A DNA stretch of 64,000 nucleotides from an uncultured Poribacteria bacterium (lineage in GTDB: Bacteria > Poribacteria > WGA-4E > WGA-3G), in assembly GCA_958296135.2 (NCBI GenBank), contig CATQHZ020000001.1, positions 2,368,001-2,432,000 on the forward strand, written 5' to 3'. The notes below the pieces were generated by a model. It was not told the origin of the DNA, did no database searches, and was given only the letters and a program-made list of their open reading frames with translations. Shown here piece after piece: positions 9,280 to 19,443 of the stretch. The first letter of the stretch is position 1. Each line of letters opens with the position of its first letter. Both the position numbers and the translations under genes were made by a program.

Positions 9280-11625
9280 ATGCAACAAAGAAGAAACCCG
9301 ATGATGATATATAAAACTTTTACTTATTGGCTATGGCTGATCGGATTCAGCGTGTTGGCACTTATTCTAGCGAACGTGCCGCTCTTTAATCTGCTCGCTT
9401 TTGAGTTCTGCGCCGTTATGGCACTCGGCATCGCAGGCGCAGGCGCGTTTATTGCGATAACAGTGCTACAGCAGATGAAACGGCACCCGGACGCGCTGAC
9501 CGGTTCGCCCGCACAGATTGTGATACGCTGTTTCTGGCACGCCCTGGCGGCGAACATCGTTGTCCTGATGGCACCCCTCGGCATCATGCTGCTGAACGCG
9601 CTCCGGGTGCAGAACTGCAATATCGGCGAAGGATTCCTCTTTTTCGGACTATTGCCCGGGGTCAGCTGCATTTACGCCACTGCCGCAGGCGTATTTTTCG
9701 GGACGTGGCGGCACACACGATGGAAGGCGTTCACCGCTTACATCGGCTACCTTGTCCTCACCTACATCCCATTAGTGATTAACCTCGTGTGGCATCCGCC
9801 GGTGTTTGCGTACCACGCGACGTTCGGGTATTTTCCAGGGCCGATTTACGATGAACGGATTGTGATAACTGGAACGCTGCTCATCGCGCGAACTTGCACC
9901 TTGCTAGGCGCGATGTTATTCTTAAGTATCGCCGCAAACGCTTGTACCGTCAACAGAGAGACAGGATGGGTACCACAACTCAAGTGGCGCGCTTTGTTAC
10001 AATTTCGTTCGATGAAACAATTTCCCATCTATTTCCTCGTCATCATCGTCTTCGGGATGTATCTCTACGCCAGCGAACTGGGGATTCGCCCCACACGGGA
10101 GGCTATTGCACGGAAACTGGGAGGCTTTCGGGAAACGGAGCATTTTGAAATCTACTACGCCACATCGCTAGGAGAGGAAATCGAACTGATTGCACAGGAC
10201 TGCGAATTTCAATACGCGGAATTAGCCGACTACTTGCGGACAGAAACGCCGCAGAAAGTGCGCGCCTACATTTATGCATCGCCTGAACAGAAGAAACGGT
10301 TAATTGGCGCGGGCGGCACTTCGGTGGAAGACCCGGTTGGACACGGCTTCCACATCCACGCGCAAGGTTTTCCGCATCCAGTGCTAAAACACGAACTGGC
10401 ACATGTCTTTACCGTGCCCTGGTCGCCCGTGAAAGTGAGTCTTAAAATTGGGCTGCACGAAGGCAGCGCCGTCGCTGCCGACTGGGACGAAGGGAGGTTG
10501 ACACCGCATCAATGGGCAAAGGCGATGCGACAACTTCAACTCGCGCCATCGCTCGCGGACATCATGGGCATCGGGTTTTGGGGACAGGCAGGTTCGCGGA
10601 GTTATCTGCTCGCGGGCTCGTTCGTGCGGTTCCTCGTGGATACGGACGGCATAGAAAAATTCACGCGTGTCTTTCCAACGGGTAATTTTGAGAAACATTA
10701 CGGAAAAGGGTTGCACGTGTTGGAAGCGGAGTGGGCAACATTTTTAGAAGGCGTTCCGTTGTCGGAATCGGCCATCGCCTACGCGAAAACCCGTTTACAG
10801 CCGGGAAGTATCTTTGAAAAGGTTTGCGCACACGAGATTGCGGATTTGCGGCACACCGCGTGGCTGGCATACCGCCGAAGAGATTTTGCTACCGCCGCGA
10901 AAACGTTTGAACAAATGCTCGCCTTTGAACCCCATAACGTGAGAAGCATGCGCGGGTTGATGTTCAGCACCTATCGAATGAAAGATTACGAACGCGCGCT
11001 ATCCCTCGCAAAGCTCCTCGCCGCTGACCCGGGCTCTGGAAACGTCGGGCGAGGGACAGGCCCCCGCCATGTAGGAAGTGCCCAGAGAGCCGAAGCACAA
11101 CTGTTAATCGGCGATATCCACTGGCTGAAGGATGAACACCCAGCGGCAATGAAAGCATACCTCGCTGTGAAAACGGCGGATGAGCGGAGGCAACTCAGCC
11201 TCTTCAAGCGGCTTGCCGCGCTGTCGGATGAAAACGGGACAGAACATCTCCGCAGCGTGCTGCTATCGCAGAAAAGTAACGCAGAAAAGATGGCGCGTTT
11301 ATCAACTCGCAAGGAGAGCCCTTTGGCACATTTCCTCGCCGGGGAACTGCTCCATAGAGAAGGCGCATGGGAGATGAGCAACCAACACCTCAAACAGGCA
11401 GTGGATATCGGCGAGAACCTGACAGCGCGTTCTCCCCAACTGCTGTTGGAAACCAGAAGATTGACCGGGCTTAATGCCTATCGTTTAGCAGATTATGAAA
11501 CTGCCGAAAATGCCTTCTCAGTGATAGCAAAAGACGCAACCTTGCCGCTAGGAACCGTATTGAACGCGCAAACGTGGATCCGCAGATGCCAGTGGGCGCG
11601 TCAAAATCAAAGGAAATCACCATGA
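9280..11625 (+). CDS. Polytopic membrane protein with a gluzincin-like peptidase domain and TPR repeats
   Basis: Several N-terminal TM helices; HELAH motif with downstream HEG; TPR-like C-terminal helices. The start may be ATG 9301. Confidence 0.8.
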   Translation: MQQRRNPMMIYKTFTYWLWLIGFSVLALILANVPLFNLLAFEFCAVMALGIAGAGAFIAITVLQQMKRHPDALTGSPAQIVIRCFWHALAANIVVLMAPLGIMLLNALRVQNCNIGEGFLFFGLLPGVSCIYATAAGVFFGTWRHTRWKAFTAYIGYLVLTYIPLVINLVWHPPVFAYHATFGYFPGPIYDERIVITGTLLIARTCTLLGAMLFLSIAANACTVNRETGWVPQLKWRALLQFRSMKQFPIYFLVIIVFGMYLYASELGIRPTREAIARKLGGFRETEHFEIYYATSLGEEIELIAQDCEFQYAELADYLRTETPQKVRAYIYASPEQKKRLIGAGGTSVEDPVGHGFHIHAQGFPHPVLKHELAHVFTVPWSPVKVSLKIGLHEGSAVAADWDEGRLTPHQWAKAMRQLQLAPSLADIMGIGFWGQAGSRSYLLAGSFVRFLVDTDGIEKFTRVFPTGNFEKHYGKGLHVLEAEWATFLEGVPLSESAIAYAKTRLQPGSIFEKVCAHEIADLRHTAWLAYRRRDFATAAKTFEQMLAFEPHNVRSMRGLMFSTYRMKDYERALSLAKLLAADPGSGNVGRGTGPRHVGSAQRAEAQLLIGDIHWLKDEHPAAMKAYLAVKTADERRQLSLFKRLAALSDENGTEHLRSVLLSQKSNAEKMARLSTRKESPLAHFLAGELLHREGAWEMSNQHLKQAVDIGENLTARSPQLLLETRRLTGLNAYRLADYETAENAFSVIAKDATLPLGTVLNAQTWIRRCQWARQNQRKSP

Positions 11626-13559
11626 AACTTTTTGTCCCGGGGCGAATCTGCCTCTTCGGCGAACACAGCGACTGGGCAGGCGGACATCGCCGAAGTAACG
11701 CACAACTTGAAAAAGGTTACACCCTCATTACTAGCACTAACCAGGGTGTCTACGCCGAAGTCCAGCCGCACCCGACATGCCTCACGCTGAAAACGAGTCT
11801 GAGCGATGGCACACGCCAAGGGCCTTATACCTTGCCGATGGAGCAAGACGCGCTCCTCGCCGAAGCGGAAAAAGGCGGCTTCTTTAGTTACGCAGCCGGC
11901 GTGGCATACCAAATCTTAACCAATTACCGCGTGCAAGGCCTGGAAATCGACAATTACCTCACCGATCTGCCGGTTAAGAAAGGGCTCTCCTCCAGTGCCG
12001 CCATCTGTGTCCTCGTCGCACGCGCGTTTAATCGCATCTATGATCTGAAAATGACAACGCGCGGCGAAATGGAATACGCCTATAGAGGCGAAACGACGAC
12101 ACCATCACGATGCGGTAGGATGGACCAGGGCTGTGCCTACACGCATCCTATCCTCATGACGTTTGACGGCGACCGGGTGGATGTCCGAGAAGTCAGTGTC
12201 CCCGAAGATATGTACCTCGTCATCGTTGACCTGGGCGCGGGGAAAGATACACGCCTGATTCTGAATCAACTCAACCACTGCTACCCGTTCGCCGAAACGC
12301 AGTTGGACCGGGATGTGCAGCACTACCTCGGGCCACTGAGTGCCGAAATAACGCAGACCGCCTATCAGGCGCTGCACCAAGGCGATGCAGCGGCAGTCGG
12401 TGGTTTAATGCTTCGGGCCCAACGAGAGTTTGACAAACACCTCATCCCGGCTTGTCCCACTGAATTGCGGGCTCCTGTCCTCCATCAGGTGCTTAATTAT
12501 GAGCCGATTCAGTCTTATATCTGGGGCGGCAAAGGTGTCGGCTCACAAGGCGACGGGTCCGCGCAATTCATCGCCAAAGACGAAGAAAGCCAACGGAAGC
12601 TTATTGAAATTATTGAACGCGATTTGGGGATGTCGTGCCTCAAGCTAGTCATCAAAGCGGGACGGCATATCCGCAAAGCAGTTATTCCGGCCGCGGGATT
12701 TGGCACGCGGCTCTTCCCTGCCTCCAAAGCACTCAAAAAGGAGTTATTCCCTGTCGTCGATAGCTCAGGGCGCGCGAAACCCGCAATTATGGCCATCGTC
12801 GAGGAAGCAGTCAACGCCGGCATTGAGGCGGTCTGCCTCATCGTCCAGAAAGGCGATACCGAACTCTTTGAATCCTTCTTCAAGACACCGCCGCGCATCG
12901 AGCACTTTAACAAACTCAGCAAGGAAAATCAGGCATACTGTGACTATGTGCTGGAACTTGGCCGGCGCGTGACACTCGTCACACAAGACGTTCAGGAGGG
13001 GTTCGGGCACGCCGTCTTCTGCGCACGAGACTGGGTAGGCAATGAACCCTTCCTGCTGATGCTTGGAGACCATCTTTACGGCTCCGATGAGGAGAACTCT
13101 TGTGCAAAGCAGGTTTTGGACGCGTACACACGCGTCCACCACAGCGTCGTCGGGTTAAAAGTTACCCCGATTGAAGAGTTGTCTAACTTCGGATGCGTTA
13201 CCGGGAAGTGGCAGGAAGAAAAGGGGCATCCGGAGCAACAGTCCCTGCTACAAGTGACAGAGTTTTACGAGAAGCCCGATGCAGAATACGCCCGCGAGTA
13301 TCTGCACGTTGATAGCATGGCACCCGATGAATTCCTGTCCGTTTTCGGCATCTACGCGCTCACGCCGCAGATATTTGCCTTCCTCGAACAGAACATCACG
13401 CACAACCACCGCGAGCACGGCGAATTTCAACTCACTTCTTGTTTAGATGAACTGCGCAAAGCGGAAGGGTTTTCGGGCTATCTTGTCAAGGGGAGACGCT
13501 TTGACATCGGGCTTCCGGAGGAATACCGGCAGACGGTTATCGATTTTCGGAATGCCTAA
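11622..13559 (+). CDS. Fusion of a GHMP sugar kinase and a GalU-like nucleotidyltransferase
   Basis: PGRICLFGEHSD and PVKKGLSSSAA (GHMP); KAVIPAAGFGTRLFPASK..KEL and QEGFGHAV (UTP-G1P uridylyltransferase-like); ATGA overlap with the upstream stop. Confidence 0.9.
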   Translation: MKLFVPGRICLFGEHSDWAGGHRRSNAQLEKGYTLITSTNQGVYAEVQPHPTCLTLKTSLSDGTRQGPYTLPMEQDALLAEAEKGGFFSYAAGVAYQILTNYRVQGLEIDNYLTDLPVKKGLSSSAAICVLVARAFNRIYDLKMTTRGEMEYAYRGETTTPSRCGRMDQGCAYTHPILMTFDGDRVDVREVSVPEDMYLVIVDLGAGKDTRLILNQLNHCYPFAETQLDRDVQHYLGPLSAEITQTAYQALHQGDAAAVGGLMLRAQREFDKHLIPACPTELRAPVLHQVLNYEPIQSYIWGGKGVGSQGDGSAQFIAKDEESQRKLIEIIERDLGMSCLKLVIKAGRHIRKAVIPAAGFGTRLFPASKALKKELFPVVDSSGRAKPAIMAIVEEAVNAGIEAVCLIVQKGDTELFESFFKTPPRIEHFNKLSKENQAYCDYVLELGRRVTLVTQDVQEGFGHAVFCARDWVGNEPFLLMLGDHLYGSDEENSCAKQVLDAYTRVHHSVVGLKVTPIEELSNFGCVTGKWQEEKGHPEQQSLLQVTEFYEKPDAEYAREYLHVDSMAPDEFLSVFGIYALTPQIFAFLEQNITHNHREHGEFQLTSCLDELRKAEGFSGYLVKGRRFDIGLPEEYRQTVIDFRNA

Positions 13560-13745
13560 GGGGGCCTGATGCGTCTTCCACGGCATAGCGAGGGAGAGGG
13601 ACAGGCAGCTGGCCTACCTTTCTCCTTTCGGAGCGCGGGGGGCTGTCCCCCCGAAACTTTGTCATCTCTGCAGCCTCGCTGCAGAGATGTCCACTGTCCC
13701 CCGCGATCGCTCAACATCAGAGAATTTCAGCCCTATTCAAGTGGA

Positions 13746-13813
13746 CATCTGTGCAGGAAGATGGACGCTCAGGTTTCCCTGAGCGTCTTGACAGGCGTGC
13801 CCCTGCACAGATG
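13746..13813. terminator. Long nested stem-loop between convergent genes, inside a REP-rich spacer
   Basis: catctgtgcagg...cctgcacagatg outer stem (12 bp) and gacgctcagg-tttc-cctgagcgtc inner stem (10 bp). Confidence 0.5.
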
Positions 13814-13868
13814 ACAGCGTTTCGGCGTAACGGCCCTCGCCCGACAGGGATGCTAATAGTCTTCGGAA

Positions 13869-16800
13869 CTATTCAGCATTCGCGCGCTTAATTACCACCA
13901 ACGTTAAATCGTCATACTGCTCCGTTTCGCCCACAAATTCGTGGACATCTTCAACGATGCGGTTAATCACCTGCTCCGCCGTGTAGTCTGCCGGCATATC
14001 GGAGACGAGTTCTATTAACCGCTCCGTGCCATACATTTCGTCCTCGGCATCGAGTGCCTCAATGATGCCATCGGTATGGAAGATGAAGGTATCTCCTTCT
14101 TCCAAAGTCAAGGTAACGGCATCGTAACGTGCCCTGCGCATGCTGCCGAGGGGCAGATCGCTGCTCTCTATTTCCATCGTCTCTGCGCCCCGTTTCAGCA
14201 GCGGATAAGGCTGGCCGCCGTTGGCGTAGTCTATCTGTCCATTTGCCGCATCCAAGACGACGATGTTCAAAGCGATGAAACTCGGTCCGTAGAGGCGCGG
14301 TGCCAAACCGATATTCAGTTCACTCAGAATGACATCCGCCTCGGATCGGAAGCGTGTGACTTCATACAGCATGCCGTTCGTCAGCACTGCACTCATCGCG
14401 CCGCGCAACCCTTTGCCCGCTGCATCGGCGACAGCGATGGCGGTTTGTCCGTTGGCAACCGTCAGATAATCAAAGAAGTCGCCGCCTACCTGTCGCGCGG
14501 GGACAGACATCCCGGCGACATCGAACCCTGGGATATCGGGTGCTTCGGTAGGTAGCAACGCCGTTTGGATGGTTTCTGCTTCAGCGAGTTCAGAGCGGAT
14601 ACGCGCGATGTCGGCTTCTTCCTGTTGCCGCATTTCGGCGCGCAGTTGTAGTGTCTGACGACGGTTGATGTAGAGGCGGACTAGCAGTGTCACGACAGCT
14701 GTGACGAAGATAAACGTCGGCAGATAACTGCGCCACCGCGTCCAGAAAGGCTGCGAGATGGTAACATTTAACGCCGCCGGGCGCTGCGTATACGGCGTGC
14801 CGCCACGCACCGCTTTAATAAGAAACGTATAAGTGCCAGACTTAAGCCCGTCATACCGGACTTGCAGTGCACCGGACGCGCTTTGCAACTGCTGCGTAAT
14901 CCCACCGTAAGACACAGGTTCATGCGTTTGCACGGAAGATACCGCTGTCTCATTAGCAGAATGTGTCAACATGGAGACAGCCTCCGCCGAAATGTTTGTC
15001 CACGCACTCGTGTCTAATCCGACTAACTTAAATTGATAGCCGAGTGCCTCCCGCAACGGGCTGATACCGTTGAAATCAATGGTAATAGTACCAGCACTCG
15101 CAGGAAGTGTTACGCCGGAAATCTCGCCCACATCGCCGTAACCCGAAGGTTTGAGGTGACTCGCGAACCTAGGCCTGCCTGAGAGCGGATAGACCCGGTC
15201 CGCCTCAATTGACGTGAGACGACAGAAAGGAAGCCCACCGTGCTCAGGCGCGTAGCGTGTAGCACCTCCCTCCGTTGCGAACCACATCGCTTTATCTTTC
15301 GATTCGTAGACATGAGAAACGTTGTTGTGCCGGAGGCCATCCTTGGTAGTGATGACGTAAAAGGTCTCGCCATCGTAGCGCACGACACCGCCGCCCCACG
15401 TGGCGAACCAGACATTGCCCCAACTATCCTCCTTGACATCGCGCACATCGTTAACAAGAAAACCATCTCTCGCCGTGGCATAAGTCATAACGTTTTTGCC
15501 ATCGTACTTGACGGCACCGCGCTCCGTCGCTAGCCACAAATCGCCAGACTTCGCGGCCAGTCGCGCGCGAGCAGGGACAACGTCAATGTCCCTGTCGCTG
15601 ATAGCCGCGGTTTCGTCATCGCTGACCTGGTAAGTCGTGAGTCGCTTTTCAAAGAGGAACGTTACTTCTTGGGATACCTCCAAAGGGGGCACCCCTTTGC
15701 TCAAGTTCCGGGTTTGCCAGACTGCAACTGGGAGAGAACGAGCCGAATGCTCTGTTTCCACCCACCGTTCCCCATCTCTTTCTGTCCACATCCAACGTGT
15801 CAACTTCCCGGTAGCACTGCTGAAAAACCATTTGATTTCAAAATCGGATGCAAAAGTTCTCCCTAACGTTTCGGGACTGCTGGTATGCACCAGCACCGCG
15901 GCATCCAACGGCAGAATTTCTGGGCGCAGTGCCGCAGCTGGCGATGCAGGATAACGCTTCACCTGGCCGTTGTCAAAGTGACACCAGAGCCGGCCCAACT
16001 TATCCTTGTGAAGAGACGTAATCGCCGAGGGTGCATGGCGCATCTCGCGCGTCTGCCGAAACAGAATCCTGATGAACCCGGCCTCCGGCGAGAGCCACTG
16101 CAACCCGGTGGCATCCGGTTTGAAGAGCCATCCGCCTAAAGCAAGCCACGGCCCCCCATCTCCAACGCCCCCTTCCGCCAGTAGCACCCCAATGTTACGC
16201 GTGTTGAGCCTTTCGCCGCCGGGACCGATTTCTGCCGCAAGGTAGAGAGAAACCTGATCAAATTTGCCGTTGGCGTATCGGAAGAAGGTGTACCGCGTCG
16301 CATCCCTTCCGGGTGCCGGGCGGTTGACAAACCAGACATGCTCATCAACTTCAAAGATCTTGATAATCTCCGTGCGTCTTCTAAAGCTGCTGATACCTTC
16401 CGTGCGTCTTCTTCCGACTGCACTCGCAGGGCCCCTCCTTCTTGGTTCACTAGATGTCTCTATCCGCAATCGATGCGGCGATAGCACCGGTATTCCTTCT
16501 TCAGCGAGTTCTGCTTCTCCCTGGCCCGCCGCGTCGTAAAGCGCGACACCCCCGGGGATGCTGAACCACAGCCGACTGCGACTATCCTCATACACGAGGC
16601 GGACGCTTTCACCACCGATGCCAGCGCGGGTTGAATAATTCATCATCGCCGGCCTCGGATTATAGGTTGTCACGCCGTTATCGTGCCCGAACCACAGGGT
16701 GCCATCTATCGCCTCAAAAATGGTGAGAATCCGGTCGCTGCCGAGTCCATCATCGGTATAGTAGGCGGTTTGGACGAGAGATGCATCGTATTGATGCGCA

Positions 16801-17978
16801 CCGCGCTGGCTGGAAAACCAGAGATTCCCCATCCAGTCTTCCATCGCGAGGAACCCTCGTAGATATTGACGTGCTCCTAACTCACCATTCGCGAGAACTT
16901 TGAGAGGCCTGAGGGTTGTCCCGTCCCACTGCCTGAGGTTCCCCCGGTCGCTAAACCAGATTCTACCTGTCGTGTCACTCTGAAGTGAAACGCGTCTCTC
17001 TGGCGGCCCCGGTGTCTGAGGTGCCCCTTCTCCTCGCTGTCCCCTCGGTGGGCCGGGCGCACCGCCGCGCCGATTGCCGCGCCTGGGGCCTGTCCACGGT
17101 TTGGGAAGAATCCGGTCAAAGGTTTCGCCTTCAAGTCGGATGAGAAAATTTTCGCCACCAAACCAGAGTGTGCCTGCTGCATCCTGTGCTATTGCGTGAA
17201 CTGCCGCGCCATACTGAAGATTCGGCGCACTCACGCTGTCAAAAGCACGCGTCTCACCCGTATCCGGATGGACGCGCAGCACTACCGCATTTTCGCCATC
17301 GCTCCCGCCGAGCCACAAGTGTCCATCCGTGCTTTCAAAAAGCACATTTATCTCAAGCGGATTCTGCCACGAGGGCCGGTCAGGCCGAACCTCATTCGCG
17401 ACCGGAAAACTGCGCGGCTGCGGTGCCTGCTGAACGCCTGGGGTGGTATACTTCATCAGTTTGACACCTTCGCCACCAGCCACCCAGACATCGCCGCGCC
17501 GGTCGGCGATAAGCGCGCTCCCAGTGGTAATAGGTTCAAACAGATTGCCATCAAACCGGGTTACACGTCCCACCGCCTCTGTTGGAACACGGGACAGGAA
17601 CCAGATATGCCCCCATTTATCTTCAACAATATGTTGCGTCCAGCCGAGCAACGCCCCCGGCGCGACCGCGGGCCTGTCTGTCTGGCCATCAGAAATCCAA
17701 TGGAAATAGAGTTCATCAGACTGTGCCTCTGTCGCGGTTCCCTCCCGAACGCCAGCATAGCCCGCGAAAGTGCTGCCATCAAACTGGGTTACGCCGCCGC
17801 GGTTAGAACCGAACCAAAGTATCCCCCGGCTATCTTGAAAAATAACGGGGACAACAGGCGCGACAAGCCCATCTGCAACGGTGTAGGTTTGCATCTGCTC
17901 CGCACGGATTGCAGTCCCCGTTGCGAGCAGGACGAGACAGATTAACCAATTTGTAGCCACAATTAACGAACGTTTCAT
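13869..17978 (-). CDS. SpoIIE/PP2C phosphatase with extracytoplasmic two-component-regulator beta-propeller and Y_Y_Y domains
   Basis: Signal peptide; repeated DxxGxxWFxT-GG blades; GTYTFLIKA; TM helix; PP2C motifs VGGDFFD, VADAAGKG, HTDG and DDLT. Confidence 0.92.
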   Translation of the reverse strand: MKRSLIVATNWLICLVLLATGTAIRAEQMQTYTVADGLVAPVVPVIFQDSRGILWFGSNRGGVTQFDGSTFAGYAGVREGTATEAQSDELYFHWISDGQTDRPAVAPGALLGWTQHIVEDKWGHIWFLSRVPTEAVGRVTRFDGNLFEPITTGSALIADRRGDVWVAGGEGVKLMKYTTPGVQQAPQPRSFPVANEVRPDRPSWQNPLEINVLFESTDGHLWLGGSDGENAVVLRVHPDTGETRAFDSVSAPNLQYGAAVHAIAQDAAGTLWFGGENFLIRLEGETFDRILPKPWTGPRRGNRRGGAPGPPRGQRGEGAPQTPGPPERRVSLQSDTTGRIWFSDRGNLRQWDGTTLRPLKVLANGELGARQYLRGFLAMEDWMGNLWFSSQRGAHQYDASLVQTAYYTDDGLGSDRILTIFEAIDGTLWFGHDNGVTTYNPRPAMMNYSTRAGIGGESVRLVYEDSRSRLWFSIPGGVALYDAAGQGEAELAEEGIPVLSPHRLRIETSSEPRRRGPASAVGRRRTEGISSFRRRTEIIKIFEVDEHVWFVNRPAPGRDATRYTFFRYANGKFDQVSLYLAAEIGPGGERLNTRNIGVLLAEGGVGDGGPWLALGGWLFKPDATGLQWLSPEAGFIRILFRQTREMRHAPSAITSLHKDKLGRLWCHFDNGQVKRYPASPAAALRPEILPLDAAVLVHTSSPETLGRTFASDFEIKWFFSSATGKLTRWMWTERDGERWVETEHSARSLPVAVWQTRNLSKGVPPLEVSQEVTFLFEKRLTTYQVSDDETAAISDRDIDVVPARARLAAKSGDLWLATERGAVKYDGKNVMTYATARDGFLVNDVRDVKEDSWGNVWFATWGGGVVRYDGETFYVITTKDGLRHNNVSHVYESKDKAMWFATEGGATRYAPEHGGLPFCRLTSIEADRVYPLSGRPRFASHLKPSGYGDVGEISGVTLPASAGTITIDFNGISPLREALGYQFKLVGLDTSAWTNISAEAVSMLTHSANETAVSSVQTHEPVSYGGITQQLQSASGALQVRYDGLKSGTYTFLIKAVRGGTPYTQRPAALNVTISQPFWTRWRSYLPTFIFVTAVVTLLVRLYINRRQTLQLRAEMRQQEEADIARIRSELAEAETIQTALLPTEAPDIPGFDVAGMSVPARQVGGDFFDYLTVANGQTAIAVADAAGKGLRGAMSAVLTNGMLYEVTRFRSEADVILSELNIGLAPRLYGPSFIALNIVVLDAANGQIDYANGGQPYPLLKRGAETMEIESSDLPLGSMRRARYDAVTLTLEEGDTFIFHTDGIIEALDAEDEMYGTERLIELVSDMPADYTAEQVINRIVEDVHEFVGETEQYDDLTLVVIKRANAE

Positions 17979-18214
17979 AGGTATGTATCCTCGCTCCCTG
18001 TAAGGGCGGATGTCTCTATCTCCGCCCGCCCGGCGAGTCAGACCGGGAACATTTCTGGTTCAGACCGGGGCATGCCGAGAGACAGCCCCTTGCCCTACGG
18101 CGGCCCTTCAACTTCGCGCATCGCAAGGGACGGTGGACATCGCTGCAGAAAAACCAGCAGAGATGATAACGTCTCGGCGTGACGGCCCTCGCGCTACCGT
18201 GTCTGTTTGATCCA

Positions 18215-19384
18215 CTATAAACTGGAAATTCGCGATATCGCCTCCGAAATCACAGCATCCGGATAGGTGAGGGAAATGCGGAAATATCCCTCGCTCCACT
18301 GCCCATAGCCGAGCCCAGGCGTGACGACAACGCCGGCTTCATCCAAAAGCGTCGTCGCGAAGACGCGACTCGAACCGTTAAAATGAGTGGGAACCGGTGC
18401 CCACACATACATCGTCGCCCTCGGTTTTTCAACGTCCCATCCGCTCTCCCGCAGTCCATCTACGACAATATCGCGACGTTTTTGGTAGACAGCATTCAGG
18501 GCCGGCGTGATTTCATCCGCCAATGAGAGTGCTTTCGCGCCCGCGAATTGAAGCGCGCGGAGACAACCGTTATCGATATTGTCTTTCACCAATTTCACCG
18601 CCTCAACCGCGGTCTGGTTACCGGCGACGAACCCTAACCGCCAGCCTGTCATATTAAACGCCTTGCTCAACGAGAAGAATTCTACCGCGACTTCGTCTGC
18701 TCCATCCACTTGTAAGATGCTTGGGGAGCGGTAGCCATCGTAGGTATTTTCGCTATAGGCGTTGTCGTGCGCGATGAGGATGTCGTTTTGCCTTCCGAAT
18801 TCAACGGCACGCGCGAAAAAATCCAGACCGGCGGTAGCTGTCGTCGGGTTATTCGGATAGTTCAGCCATAATACCCTCGCGAGGCGTTTCACCTCATCAG
18901 GGATTGCGTCAAAATCAACGTAGAAATTGTTCTCTCGCAGTATCGGCGCGTAGTAAGTCGTCGCGCTCGCGAAAACATGGCCGATGTTATAGGTAGGATA
19001 ACCCGGACTCGCGGCGATGCCGATGTCGCCGGGGTTGAGGATCCCCAACGCCATTTTGACGATAGCATCTTTGCTACCGAGCGTCGTGACTACCTGTGCT
19101 TCGGATAACGAAACACCGAAACGGTGCTGATAAAAATCGCGGACCGCCCGCGGAAAATCCGCAACCGGACTGTCGCACCCGTAGCGGTGCCTGTCTGCAT
19201 CGGTGACATCTTGGACAGCACTGCAGAGTGCCGCCACAACCGGGTCGGGTGTCGGCATATCCGGGTCGCCGATGCCGAGGCTGATGACATCAACGCCGCG
19301 TGCTTTTGCCGCCGCCATTTTCTGCCGCAAATCCACGAAGAGATAGGGTGGAAGTTTTCGTAAACGTTCTGCAAATGTTACCAA
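18215..19384 (-). CDS. dapL: LL-diaminopimelate aminotransferase
   Basis: LPPYLF, SLGIGDPD, NYPNNPT, HDNAYSE, SLSKAFNMTGWRLG; dapB lies upstream on the same strand. Confidence 0.82.
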   Translation of the reverse strand: MVTFAERLRKLPPYLFVDLRQKMAAAKARGVDVISLGIGDPDMPTPDPVVAALCSAVQDVTDADRHRYGCDSPVADFPRAVRDFYQHRFGVSLSEAQVVTTLGSKDAIVKMALGILNPGDIGIAASPGYPTYNIGHVFASATTYYAPILRENNFYVDFDAIPDEVKRLARVLWLNYPNNPTTATAGLDFFARAVEFGRQNDILIAHDNAYSENTYDGYRSPSILQVDGADEVAVEFFSLSKAFNMTGWRLGFVAGNQTAVEAVKLVKDNIDNGCLRALQFAGAKALSLADEITPALNAVYQKRRDIVVDGLRESGWDVEKPRATMYVWAPVPTHFNGSSRVFATTLLDEAGVVVTPGLGYGQWSEGYFRISLTYPDAVISEAISRISSL

Positions 19385-19443
19385 ATTTTTTGTCCTCGTT
19401 CATTGAGTGTTGTCAATTCCGTAGGCGCAGTTTCTAACCGCGC

